Virus record (IMG/VR): IMGVR_UViG_3300042691_041718
Location: 64,001 to 128,000 of that record
Source: a virus
Length of the DNA: 64,000 nt
Direction: 5' to 3' (one strand)
In this document: positions 9,505 to 18,677 of the stretch, in pieces
Layout: the number at the start of each line of letters is the position of its first letter
Position numbering within the stretch: position 1 is the first letter of the stretch
Notes under the pieces: generated by a model
The model's input: only the letters and a program-made list of their open reading frames with translations
Database searches by the model: none
Told to the model about the DNA's origin: nothing
Translations under genes and position numbers: made by a program

Positions 9505-10483
9505 TAAAACGGAAGATATAACTTTTTAACTTTTTTTGTCCATTGATACCATTTTCTTTACAAGATTTTGATATATATTGCTTACCAATTCCGGTGTAAT
9601 CAACAACTTCCCTTAATGAGTTGAATGATTTTATTAAATCATCATTATCTGAAAATATTCCGATTTTATAAGATTTGTTTTTTCTATAATGTTTGTAAGG
9701 TGTATAATCAAATATATCACCATCATATCTAAAGGTTAGATTTTTTGTTTGATAGTATCCTTTATATACACAACATTTTTCTATCAAAAGTCGGTGGCAA
9801 TTATATTTAGTTGATGTTTCATTTACACTTCTACAAATATCCAATAGATTACCATCCAAATCGAATACTTGGATCTTTTTCATTCTACTATCAATTCTGG
9901 GTTTTTCATATTTTATAATTCTATCTTTTTGTTCTTGTATATCATAATTATTTATTCTATCTATGAATGACCATTTGAAGCCAGCTGATGTTTTTTGTTT
10001 ACCGTGACAAACTCTAGATATATGAGCTCTATTACCATTTACTGATAAAGCAGCTTCTCTCAAAGAATGATACTCTTTTATTAGATTACCATCTAAATCA
10101 AATTGAGCTACAGATTTTCTATGTGGGCTGTTTATTTTATTTTTTAGTTTTGATTGATCATTGTGCTTTCTACCAGTCCAGTCGTATCCATCACCACCTT
10201 CAGTACCATTTAATAAATCAAATCCCCATGTTTTAAATAGTGAAATATAAAAAACCTCATAAAAATCAATATCTTCTGAGTTTACTTCATCCAATACTTC
10301 TATTATCGGAATAGATTTGTTTCTTAGTAGTGAGATTATCCAATTGTTCTTCTTTGTGTTTTCGGATAGGCTATTGTTAGATAGATGACCTCTTAGTCTT
10401 CTTTTTATATTATTTGTTTTTCCAATATACCTAACTAATCCAGTATTTGGATCAGAAAGTGTGTAAATAAATTTTGTATTCAT
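9497..10483 (-). mobile_element. GIY-YIG homing endonuclease with NUMOD1-like repeats
   Basis: FIYTL...VRYIGKT...R, followed by repeated VAQFDLDGNLIKEYHSLREAA-type modules; antisense to its neighbours. Confidence 0.9.
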
Positions 10484-10494
10484 AAAAAAGTTAT

Positions 10495-10502
10495 TATATT
10501 TG
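10495..10502 (+). promoter_or_regulatory. TAnnTTTG host-type promoter element for gltX
   Basis: TATATTTG 29 nt upstream of the ATG at 10532. Confidence 0.55.
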
Positions 10503-10531
10503 TATTATATATAAAAAATAACATTACCTAT

Positions 10532-12025
10532 ATGACAAAAATTGTAACAAGGATAGCACCTTCACCCACGGGACCATTCTCGCATCTTGGAAATTTGAGA
10601 ACTTTAATTTATAACTATTTTCTTGCTAAGAAAAATGGTGGGAAGTTCTATGTGCGGTTAGAAGACACTGATAGAGATCGTTACACACCTTCTTTTCTCG
10701 ATTATTTCAAGGATATGTGTGATTGGTTAGGAATAGTTCCAGATGGTTCTTATTGGAACCCAGATCCATCAATTGGTTCTTTTGTACAATCAGAAAGAGA
10801 TTATTCTGATAAAGTTAAATTTTTGTTAAATAACGGATTGGCTTATTACGCTTTTGATACTAAAGATGAATTAGAAGTTCTTAAATCAAAAGGTTTAAAA
10901 TATGATGCGACTACTCGTATGTCTATGAATAACTCATTGACTAATCCATCAACTGATGTAATGTTGCAAAGTGGTGTTCCGTATGTTATCCGTTTCGCAG
11001 TTGAACCTAATGTTGATATTACTTTTGATGATGCTATCTTAGGAAGTATCACAATCAATACCAATACTTTAGATGATAAAGTTTTGATTAAATCAAATGG
11101 TATTGGTTCTTATCATCTTTGTAATGTTTGTGACGACCATGATATGGGTGTTACTCACGTACTTAGAGGTAACGAGTGGGTTAATAGTACACCATTCCAT
11201 GTAATCCTTTATAAGGCATTTGGTTGGGATGTACCTACATTCGCTCATTTGCCACTAATTATGAACCCAGATGGTAAAGGTAAGTTATCTAAAAGAACAG
11301 CAATGAAATATGGTATTCCAATTGCTCCACTTGGTTACACAGATGATTCTGGTAATTATGTTGATGGTTGGAAAGATTTAGGATTTGATCCAAAAGCTTT
11401 TATCAATTCATTGGCGTTAATTGGATGGAACCCAGGAGGTGATGTTGAAATTATGTCTATGGATGATATGATTAATTCATTCTCTTTAGATAGAGTTCAT
11501 AAATCAGGAGCTCGTTTTGATATGGATAAAGCAAAATGGATAAATGCTAATTATTTGAGAATGACTCCAAATAACGATTTGAAACCATTTATCAATATTA
11601 AGGATGATAGATATTCTGATGATAAGTTGAATAAAATCATTGACTTGGCTAAAGAAAGATCTGAATTCAAACATGATTTGAATACAATTGTTGACCTTTT
11701 CTTTAATGATCCGGTTATTACAGATATTAAAAAAATTGATGATAATTTTATCACAGTATTTTCTAATGATGTTGATGGATTTATCAAGAGTTGTACAAGT
11801 GTTAACTTTGATGTTCCAATGGATATCAAAGATTTGATTAACAACATTTGTAATAACAATGGTATCAAAATGGGTAAAGTGATGCCAGGGTTGAGAATGG
11901 CTCTTGTGGGTGGTATCTCTGGACCAGACTTAATGACTACTATGAGTATCTTAGGAATGAGAGAAACTATTAGTAGATTAATTAAATGTGTATCAATTTG
12001 TTATAATGATACTATGACAAAATAG
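10532..12025 (+). CDS. gltX: Glutamyl-tRNA synthetase (class I)
   Basis: TRIAPSPTG..HLGN (HIGH), RLEDTD, YAFDT, DDHDMGVTHVLRGNEW, GKLSKR (KMSKS), ALIGWNP, SGARFD, LRMALVG. Confidence 0.95.
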   Translation: MTKIVTRIAPSPTGPFSHLGNLRTLIYNYFLAKKNGGKFYVRLEDTDRDRYTPSFLDYFKDMCDWLGIVPDGSYWNPDPSIGSFVQSERDYSDKVKFLLNNGLAYYAFDTKDELEVLKSKGLKYDATTRMSMNNSLTNPSTDVMLQSGVPYVIRFAVEPNVDITFDDAILGSITINTNTLDDKVLIKSNGIGSYHLCNVCDDHDMGVTHVLRGNEWVNSTPFHVILYKAFGWDVPTFAHLPLIMNPDGKGKLSKRTAMKYGIPIAPLGYTDDSGNYVDGWKDLGFDPKAFINSLALIGWNPGGDVEIMSMDDMINSFSLDRVHKSGARFDMDKAKWINANYLRMTPNNDLKPFINIKDDRYSDDKLNKIIDLAKERSEFKHDLNTIVDLFFNDPVITDIKKIDDNFITVFSNDVDGFIKSCTSVNFDVPMDIKDLINNICNNNGIKMGKVMPGLRMALVGGISGPDLMTTMSILGMRETISRLIKCVSICYNDTMTK

Positions 12026-12081
12026 GTATTTGAATAGTAATATATATGAAAGGTGGATAAACCACCTTTCATATTACTATT

Positions 12082-12651
12082 ATGTCTAGTAGAGAGGAGT
12101 TAATTAGAGTTGTTAGAAGAACACAGACATTCATATCAATATTACTATTTTTTATAGTTTTTTTTATTTGCTGGAAATTTACTAAATTTGATATAACTCA
12201 AGTTCAGATATCTATTTGGGGTAGAAGTGGATTTTTGGGTAGAGTTTGGAACACAGCTGTTTGTACTTTTGCCATTTCTATTTTCATAAACTCGGTTTTA
12301 TACCTTAGAAATAATTTAAGAGTAAGATATAAAAATATATTTTACTTATTATTTACATTTGTTTCTATTTGTCTATTTATGGTTGGGTTTTATAATATGG
12401 ATTGGGGTGCTATTCATAATTATTCCGCTGGTTTATATTTCTTTTTTTATCCTTTAACAATTTTTTCATTTTCTCACTTAAATAGAAAATATCTTTCTTA
12501 TAAGGATTGGTTACATTATGTCATACTTTCTGTTGGCATGGCTATAATTCCAATGATATTAATATCAATGTTTAAGGGTATGGCTATTGCTGAAATAGCA
12601 CATACTTTCTTAGTTATTCTTTATAATATAAAACTTTCAATGTCTGATTAG
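12082..12651 (+). CDS. Multi-pass membrane protein (DUF998-like)
   Basis: Five to six hydrophobic segments; ISIWG and IHNYSA-like motifs. Confidence 0.6.
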   Translation: MSSREELIRVVRRTQTFISILLFFIVFFICWKFTKFDITQVQISIWGRSGFLGRVWNTAVCTFAISIFINSVLYLRNNLRVRYKNIFYLLFTFVSICLFMVGFYNMDWGAIHNYSAGLYFFFYPLTIFSFSHLNRKYLSYKDWLHYVILSVGMAIIPMILISMFKGMAIAEIAHTFLVILYNIKLSMSD

Positions 12652-12684
12652 GATATAATAAAACAATTCATTACTTTTGTAAAT

Positions 12685-12978
12685 ATGTATTTTGTGAAGT
12701 TTGAAAATATAGGAGTCTTTGTTAAAGAGAGTGGTAAACTTGTTAGTTCACCATGGAATCTTAAACATGAAATTTTTCAATTAGAAGAAGGTGAGAATTT
12801 CAAAAAAATGATAAGAAAGAGTCCTTTTGCTAATTGTAAAAGAATAGATTATTTTGATCCAAATAAAAAAGAGGCAATCCCAAGGTATATAATGGATTAC
12901 ATCTTAGACTTGGAAGAAGTGAAGGCTATTATAATTTTAAAAGAGCGAGATAATAAAATAAACCAAATATTAGAGTAA
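12685..12978 (+). CDS. Hypothetical protein with C-terminal tail RDNKINQILE
   Basis: 97 aa; TACTTTTG at 12672..12679 upstream. Confidence 0.65.
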   Translation: MYFVKFENIGVFVKESGKLVSSPWNLKHEIFQLEEGENFKKMIRKSPFANCKRIDYFDPNKKEAIPRYIMDYILDLEEVKAIIILKERDNKINQILE

Positions 12979-13412
12979 TGAAATTAGGTTTGGATATACA
13001 CGGAGTTATTGATAGTAAGCCTGAAATATTTGCTTTTCTCAGTAAGAGTGTTATTGATGCGGGTGGAGAAGTACACATCATCACTGGTGGTACTTGGAAT
13101 GATGAGCTAAAAAATTTAGTTGAACAGAGTGGTGTTATCTATACACACTCATTTTCTGTTTATGATCATTTGAAAAGTATTGGTGCTAAACAAATGGGTA
13201 GAATTAAATTCCCTGATGGTACAACACAAAGAAAGTTTGATAATGATTTGTGGGATAGTATTAAAGGTGAATATTGTGAGAAGTGGGGAATAGATTTACA
13301 TATTGATGATACAGAGGTTTATTCTAAATATTTTAAAACTCCATTCTTACTTTTTAAATCTAATGACGACTTAGAAAAATTGTCGCATATAGATATAAGA
13401 AATTTGATGTAA
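12978..13412 (+). CDS. HAD-superfamily phosphatase-like protein
   Basis: LGLDIHGVID (motif I), IITGG (II), K (III), LHIDD (IV). Confidence 0.7.
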   Translation: MKLGLDIHGVIDSKPEIFAFLSKSVIDAGGEVHIITGGTWNDELKNLVEQSGVIYTHSFSVYDHLKSIGAKQMGRIKFPDGTTQRKFDNDLWDSIKGEYCEKWGIDLHIDDTEVYSKYFKTPFLLFKSNDDLEKLSHIDIRNLM

Positions 13413-13415
13413 AAT

Positions 13416-13919
13416 ATGAATTATGGAACTGAGGAAAGTCCAATAAAGTTATTTAGTATAGAACAAGGAAGAGAATACTTAAATAATTTAAGATGTGAGA
13501 ATGGTGATTATATAATTTACCATCGTTTAGGATCTACTTATATAAATGATAATATATCTGATATATATGAGATTTACACATCATCACACAAATTGGATAA
13601 AATATACATAACTTATGTTGATGAGTGGTTGACTGATTTAAGACCACCGACAGGGTATTTATTTGAAAGTCCATTTCTTTCTGATTTAACGGAGCTATCA
13701 GGAGAGTATATATTTGATGATACAGATTATAATGATGAAGATGGTTATTTAAAACAGTCATTAACTGAGTCAGGTGGGTATAATATGATGGATGATGATT
13801 TTCCACTTGGTGTATTAGATAAATTAATGAAAGAGTTTGTCATTATTGGAAATAAAAGTAAGATAATTGCTGAAATAATTTCTTTTAGAAGAGATAGAAA
13901 ATTAGATGATATATTATAA
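13416..13919 (+). CDS. Hypothetical protein with C-terminal tail RDRKLDDIL
   Basis: 167 aa ORF. Confidence 0.65.
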   Translation: MNYGTEESPIKLFSIEQGREYLNNLRCENGDYIIYHRLGSTYINDNISDIYEIYTSSHKLDKIYITYVDEWLTDLRPPTGYLFESPFLSDLTELSGEYIFDDTDYNDEDGYLKQSLTESGGYNMMDDDFPLGVLDKLMKEFVIIGNKSKIIAEIISFRRDRKLDDIL

Positions 13920-14326
13920 TGTCTTTGAAAAAATATAAAAGTAAATTTGATATAATCGAGAACGATATTGACAAACTTGATATTCGACCATATAATCACT
14001 GTAATGGTCAGTGGTGGTGGGGATTTTATTATGATTGGGATGATGATTATGATGATTATGAGTATGAGTGGGAGTATATTGAATGGGATTATATAAAAAT
14101 ACCGGAAATTGATTGGGGTTATAAAGTTATCAATAAATCATTTCGTAACTGGCGTATCAGTGATCCAAGTGTACCTGGAACTTATGTTGATATGGAAAGT
14201 GTTTATGGTAAATCCGAAATGAGAAATCGTAAGATAGATATGATTTTAGGTTTAAGAGAACCTAATTACCAAACAACTGTAACTCTTGGAGATTTTTTTG
14301 ATAGAATTGATAAACATTCAAATTAA
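13919..14326 (+). CDS. Acidic, Trp/Tyr-rich hypothetical protein with a sub-terminal RNRKIDMIL
   Basis: 135 aa ORF. Confidence 0.6.
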   Translation: MSLKKYKSKFDIIENDIDKLDIRPYNHCNGQWWWGFYYDWDDDYDDYEYEWEYIEWDYIKIPEIDWGYKVINKSFRNWRISDPSVPGTYVDMESVYGKSEMRNRKIDMILGLREPNYQTTVTLGDFFDRIDKHSN

Positions 14327-14359
14327 TTCCTTATATTTGTAAAACAAAAGAGATAAGTT

Positions 14360-14542
14360 ATGAATGGTTCAGTAGATAGTATAGTTTATGATATGATTGA
14401 AAATACAACTTTGGATATCAATCAATATAATGATTTTTTAAGATTGATGGAAGATCATAAAAATAAATTGTATATGGAACAACTAAATCCGAATAGTGTT
14501 CAAACTATTTCTGATGAAGATTTCAATGATTTACCTTTTTAA
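14360..14542 (+). CDS. Small hypothetical protein
   Basis: 60 aa; TATATTTG at 14332..14339 upstream. Confidence 0.5.
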   Translation: MNGSVDSIVYDMIENTTLDINQYNDFLRLMEDHKNKLYMEQLNPNSVQTISDEDFNDLPF

Positions 14543-14543
14543 T

Positions 14544-14616
14544 GGTTGAGTGTATCGAGTGGTTAGAGATTGCCCCGCAAAGGCAAGCACGTTGGTTCGA
14601 ATCCAATCCTCAACCT
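14544..14616 (+). tRNA. tRNA-Cys (GCA), atypical
   Basis: Acceptor GGTTGAG/CTCAACC; anticodon stem TTGCC/GGCAA with loop CCGCAAA; T-loop TTCGAAT; U73 discriminator. Irregular features: C33, one extra base at the T/acceptor junction, no encoded CCA. Confidence 0.8.
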
Positions 14617-14621
14617 CAAAT

Positions 14622-14655
14622 AATCCACACTAATTTTTTTGGTGTGGATTTTTTT
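14622..14655 (+). terminator. Intrinsic terminator after the tRNA
   Basis: AATCCACACTA...TGGTGTGGATT followed by a T-run. Confidence 0.7.
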
Positions 14656-14680
14656 ATTATATTTGTAAAAAATAATCATT

Positions 14681-15319
14681 ATGAAATACGCAACATTTAG
14701 ATACTTATACCCGCCTCGTCCAGAGAACGCAATTCCTAGTTCTGAACTTTATTATCATGATAATGGTTCGATGGTTGCTCAACCAAAATTAAATGGTTCA
14801 AACTGTCTTATCTTCACAAATGGTGAAGTTGTTTATAAGATGAATAGACATAATGATAGACTTACTAGATTTGAAATTAAAGATGAAGAAGTACTCAATT
14901 TATATAAAGGTACTGGTGGATGGACTGTATTAAATGGTGAATACTTAAACAAGAATAAACAAGATGAAAACAGAAAATCATTTAATCATAAATTGATTTT
15001 GTTTGATATTTTGGTTAATGATGGTGATTATTTAATTGGTAAAACATTTGAACAGCGAATTAAATTGTTAGATGAAATGTTTGGTCAAAACGAATCAGAA
15101 AAAGAATATCTTTATTCAATTTCAGATAATGTTTATCGTGTTAAATCATATGAAAATAATTTTAGTGTGTTGTTTGATAAACTAACATACAATAACGAAC
15201 TTTTAGAGGGTCTTGTGTTGAAAAGAAAGAATTCTAGATTAGAAATAGGAAACACTCCAAAAAACAATTCACGTAGTCAAATTAAATGTAGAGTGACTAC
15301 TAAAAACTATAAATTTTAA
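14681..15319 (+). CDS. ATP-dependent ligase-type nucleotidyltransferase, adenylation domain only
   Basis: Motif I QPKLNGSN, III LNGEY, IIIa LFDIL, IV EGLVLK, V QIKCR; no OB domain. Confidence 0.75.
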   Translation: MKYATFRYLYPPRPENAIPSSELYYHDNGSMVAQPKLNGSNCLIFTNGEVVYKMNRHNDRLTRFEIKDEEVLNLYKGTGGWTVLNGEYLNKNKQDENRKSFNHKLILFDILVNDGDYLIGKTFEQRIKLLDEMFGQNESEKEYLYSISDNVYRVKSYENNFSVLFDKLTYNNELLEGLVLKRKNSRLEIGNTPKNNSRSQIKCRVTTKNYKF

Positions 15320-16071
15320 TTATTACTTTTTTTATAGTTATCAATTGCCCATAATGGTTGTAGATTTGATAAAGAATTGACTATTGATGGTGGTGTTTCT
15401 TTATCAAATTTACTAACTGGTATTATATGATCAATATGCCATTCACCCCAATTATCCCAAGACATGCCTTCTAAAAATTTACTTTCAATATTATCTCTAA
15501 ATTCTTTCGATGAGTATCCTAATATATCAATAGTACTCTCTGATTTTTTAATATTAAAATAGTATAGTACCCTACGTAGTGAGTTTCTCCAAGCTACTAT
15601 ATGTGGATTTTTACTTGACCAATTATAAATATACTTTCTGTGTTTTTCTTTATGTTCTGGTAGATCTTTAATGGATTCATAGTATTTCTTTTTCCAATTT
15701 CTAATATAATCTTTATTCTCTTCATAGTATCTCCGTTTAGATATTTTTACCTTTTCTGAATTATTCTTTCTATATTTTCTACCAGCATTTGAAATTTTAT
15801 CTCTAAGTTCTTGATCTGTATTATATCTATTCCTTCGTCTTTCATTAATTTCTTCTTTATTTGACTCGTACTTTTCTTTATACTTTTCAAGTAAATCATA
15901 TTTATTTTCTTTATAATAATTATTGAGATATTTTTTCATTTTATCTCTATTTTTAATTCTATATTCTCTTTCACAATCTTTACATTGAGTTCTTAATCCA
16001 TCATTTGATATCTTTAATTTATTAAAGTTTATCAGATCTTTATATTCTCCACATTTTTTACATTTTTTCAT
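15316..16071 (-). mobile_element. HNH homing endonuclease
   Basis: N-terminal CKKC...CKDC, a charged helical repeat, and C-terminal WHIDHIIP...NLQPLWAIDNYKKSN. Confidence 0.9.
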
Positions 16072-16168
16072 ATATTATATATTTAATTTTGACTACTTCG
16101 TTATTAAATGAAATTATAGTAAACCAATACTCATTTTTTAATATATAAGAAAATAGTATATAATTAAA

Positions 16169-16735
16169 ATGGAGAAATTTTCGAGATTAAAACCAAAGAC
16201 TAATTCCGAACCAAAAGATGATGTAGTTTTTGATGGTGATAAATTTAAAATAATTAAGTATGAAGATTGGAGTATTGTAAAAGGTGGTGATGCTATCATC
16301 TGTATTCCAATTTTAATTGAAACAAATCAAATTATTCTGAGATATGAATATGTACCAACATATAAATATGTTGAAGGTACTGAATATCACTTAACTTTAG
16401 TTGCTGGTGGTATTGAAAAAGGAGAAGATCCACTTACAGCTCTTTTTAGAGAATTGGAAGAAGAAGCTGGTATTGTAGTTAGAGAAGATTATTCACCAGA
16501 GGAATTGAGACCACTTTTCGCGAGTAAAGGTCAAACAGCTAAATTTTATCCATTTATTTTACCACTTAATGAAAGAGATTATCATGAAGTGATTGCTAAA
16601 GGTGATGGTTCTAAAGCAGAGGCTATGAGTAAGGCAGTCAAAGTTGATATTAAATATTTAGATTCTCTTAACGCATCTGATATTTTTACAGATTATATGT
16701 TATTAAAAGTTAAAGAATATTTAAACTTAAAATAA
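16169..16735 (+). CDS. Nudix hydrolase (ADP-ribose pyrophosphatase-like)
   Basis: Nudix box GGIEKGEDPLTALFRELEEEAG. Confidence 0.9.
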   Translation: MEKFSRLKPKTNSEPKDDVVFDGDKFKIIKYEDWSIVKGGDAIICIPILIETNQIILRYEYVPTYKYVEGTEYHLTLVAGGIEKGEDPLTALFRELEEEAGIVVREDYSPEELRPLFASKGQTAKFYPFILPLNERDYHEVIAKGDGSKAEAMSKAVKVDIKYLDSLNASDIFTDYMLLKVKEYLNLK

Positions 16736-16764
16736 ATATTTTATATAAAAAATAAAAGATTATT

Positions 16765-16986
16765 ATGTTTGAAAGTAGATTGAGAAATAATGGATTATAT
16801 TCAGTTTCAGAATATAAAGGTAAAACTTTGGAAGAAGCTACTAAATATGCTGAAGAAGGAGGGTATATAGTAAGAGTTACTGAAACCGATGGTAATTCTA
16901 TTATGGTTGACGCTTTAGATAACAAAACAAATAGATTAAATTTTCGAGTTAGAGGAGGTTTAGTTATTGATGTTTATGGAGGTTAA
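16765..16986 (+). CDS. Small protein, peptidase-inhibitor I78-like
   Basis: YKGKTLEEA...VRV...D...NRLNFRVRGGLVIDVYGG resembles the I78/potato-inhibitor-like consensus. Confidence 0.45.
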   Translation: MFESRLRNNGLYSVSEYKGKTLEEATKYAEEGGYIVRVTETDGNSIMVDALDNKTNRLNFRVRGGLVIDVYGG

Positions 16987-16987
16987 T

Positions 16988-17020
16988 AAAAAAACTCACT
17001 CATTAGAGTGAGTTTTTTTT
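16988..17020 (+). terminator. Intrinsic terminator
   Basis: AAAAAAACTCACTC-ATTA-GAGTGAGTTTTTTT. Confidence 0.85.
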
Positions 17021-17051
17021 ATTTTTATAAAAATAATTTAATATATAAGAT

Positions 17052-18650
17052 ATGAAGTATATTAAATTATATGAAGCTTTTTCATCAGACATCTTAAACA
17101 AGATGATTAAGTATTTAAAGTCTGAGAATATAAGTAATTCGAGTTTATCCAAATTTAAATCAGACCTATTAAAAGTTTTTTCAAATTTAGATATTCCTAT
17201 TAGTGATATACCAGATCAAAATGTTGAATATGGTTCTAAAATTAAAATTTGGAAAATTTCCCCAAAGGGAGATAGTAATATTTCAGGATTAAAATTCTGG
17301 TTTAATCGTGATGGAAGTTATGTTGGTTATTCGGGTGTCGGAAACAAACTTATTTCATTATCAGAGGGTAATGAAATTCCGGATGAATTATTAGAACGTG
17401 TTAGAAATGGTTATTTTTCAAATATTCCAAAAACTGGTAACTTAACTTCTGTTGAAAAAACGGTTGATAATTATAATCAATTGAATAGAGGTGATAAAGT
17501 AATTGCATTTTTATATGATATGCCGTTTAGTGAAGATAGAGACTTAGTTCATAATGATGAAGCAACAGATTGGACAGGTCCGATGACATTTGGTACTATT
17601 TGGAAAAGAGAAAGAGATAGAAAAATCTTTATTATACATGATAATGAGGAGGCTGATGGATCAACAGATGATGATAGTAGGGAGTGGAATCAATATGGTA
17701 GTTATAGCTGGGGTATAGGTAATCCAACTACGTGTTTTGGTGACCATTATTATTTAAGTTTATATACACCTTCTGATAAACCACTCTCATATGGAAAGGA
17801 GGGTGTTGAAGTTGATAAATCAAATCCTGATAATTTTAATCTAAAAGTAAGTGGTGATTATTTATCATCTTCTGGTAGTATGAAAGATATTATAAATGAT
17901 GCTGACTTTGGAATCTATATAGAATTAGTTGATTTAAAAACAAAATCAATAAAAGATATTAAAGATAAAAGAACAGAATTGAAATCTGGTATTATTGGAG
18001 GACCACATGGTTTATCCAATGAGGAATTAAAAGAAATTAATATCAAAAGATATACAGACTTAGCATTTAAAAGATCTGGTATATCAATAGAAGGTGTTGA
18101 TTTTAGTAAATTAAATGATTTCTTCAGTAATTTATTATCTGATTATTTTATATTAAATATAATTCTCCAGGATAGAACTTATTACGACTTTTTGAGTTTG
18201 ATATCATCAATAAGAAACCTGGTCATTTATATAAAAGAAAATAGAGATGAGAATTATATAAAAAGTGGATTTAAAAATATTGAATCATATTTGAATAGTT
18301 ATAAGTCATTAAAAAGTAAGTTTAACACTGAAATTGATTCTAAAATAAAATTAGTTTCAGAATTGGATAGTAGATTTGGTGATTTGATAAAACAAATCAT
18401 TGAAGTTGGTTCAGTTTTTAAAAATAAAATTAAATCAAGTGAATTTATGAGTCTTTACTCACTTAAAATATTAAATAGAAATCTTGATAATATTAAAAGA
18501 ACAATTGAAACTGATATTAGTTATAATGATTTAAACTATATTAGAACATTTGCGGGAGTAAATAGAGATGAATTACACACATTTAATTTTGATGGTGTGA
18601 ATTATGAAGATTCAATGGAATTCTTCAAAGCATTAAAAACAATGATATAA
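17052..18650 (+). CDS. Hypothetical protein, paralogue family A (no zinc finger)
   Basis: 532 aa; starts MKYIKLYEAF; LKFWFNRDG, IIHDN...GS...YGSYSW, ADFGIYIE and EELKEINIKRY blocks. Confidence 0.75.
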   Translation: MKYIKLYEAFSSDILNKMIKYLKSENISNSSLSKFKSDLLKVFSNLDIPISDIPDQNVEYGSKIKIWKISPKGDSNISGLKFWFNRDGSYVGYSGVGNKLISLSEGNEIPDELLERVRNGYFSNIPKTGNLTSVEKTVDNYNQLNRGDKVIAFLYDMPFSEDRDLVHNDEATDWTGPMTFGTIWKRERDRKIFIIHDNEEADGSTDDDSREWNQYGSYSWGIGNPTTCFGDHYYLSLYTPSDKPLSYGKEGVEVDKSNPDNFNLKVSGDYLSSSGSMKDIINDADFGIYIELVDLKTKSIKDIKDKRTELKSGIIGGPHGLSNEELKEINIKRYTDLAFKRSGISIEGVDFSKLNDFFSNLLSDYFILNIILQDRTYYDFLSLISSIRNLVIYIKENRDENYIKSGFKNIESYLNSYKSLKSKFNTEIDSKIKLVSELDSRFGDLIKQIIEVGSVFKNKIKSSEFMSLYSLKILNRNLDNIKRTIETDISYNDLNYIRTFAGVNRDELHTFNFDGVNYEDSMEFFKALKTMI

Positions 18651-18677
18651 AAAAGAGACTGAAAGGTCTCTTTTTTT
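18649..18677. terminator. Bidirectional intrinsic terminator
   Basis: AAAAAAGAGACT-GAAA-GGTCTCTTTTTT between convergent genes. Confidence 0.85.
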
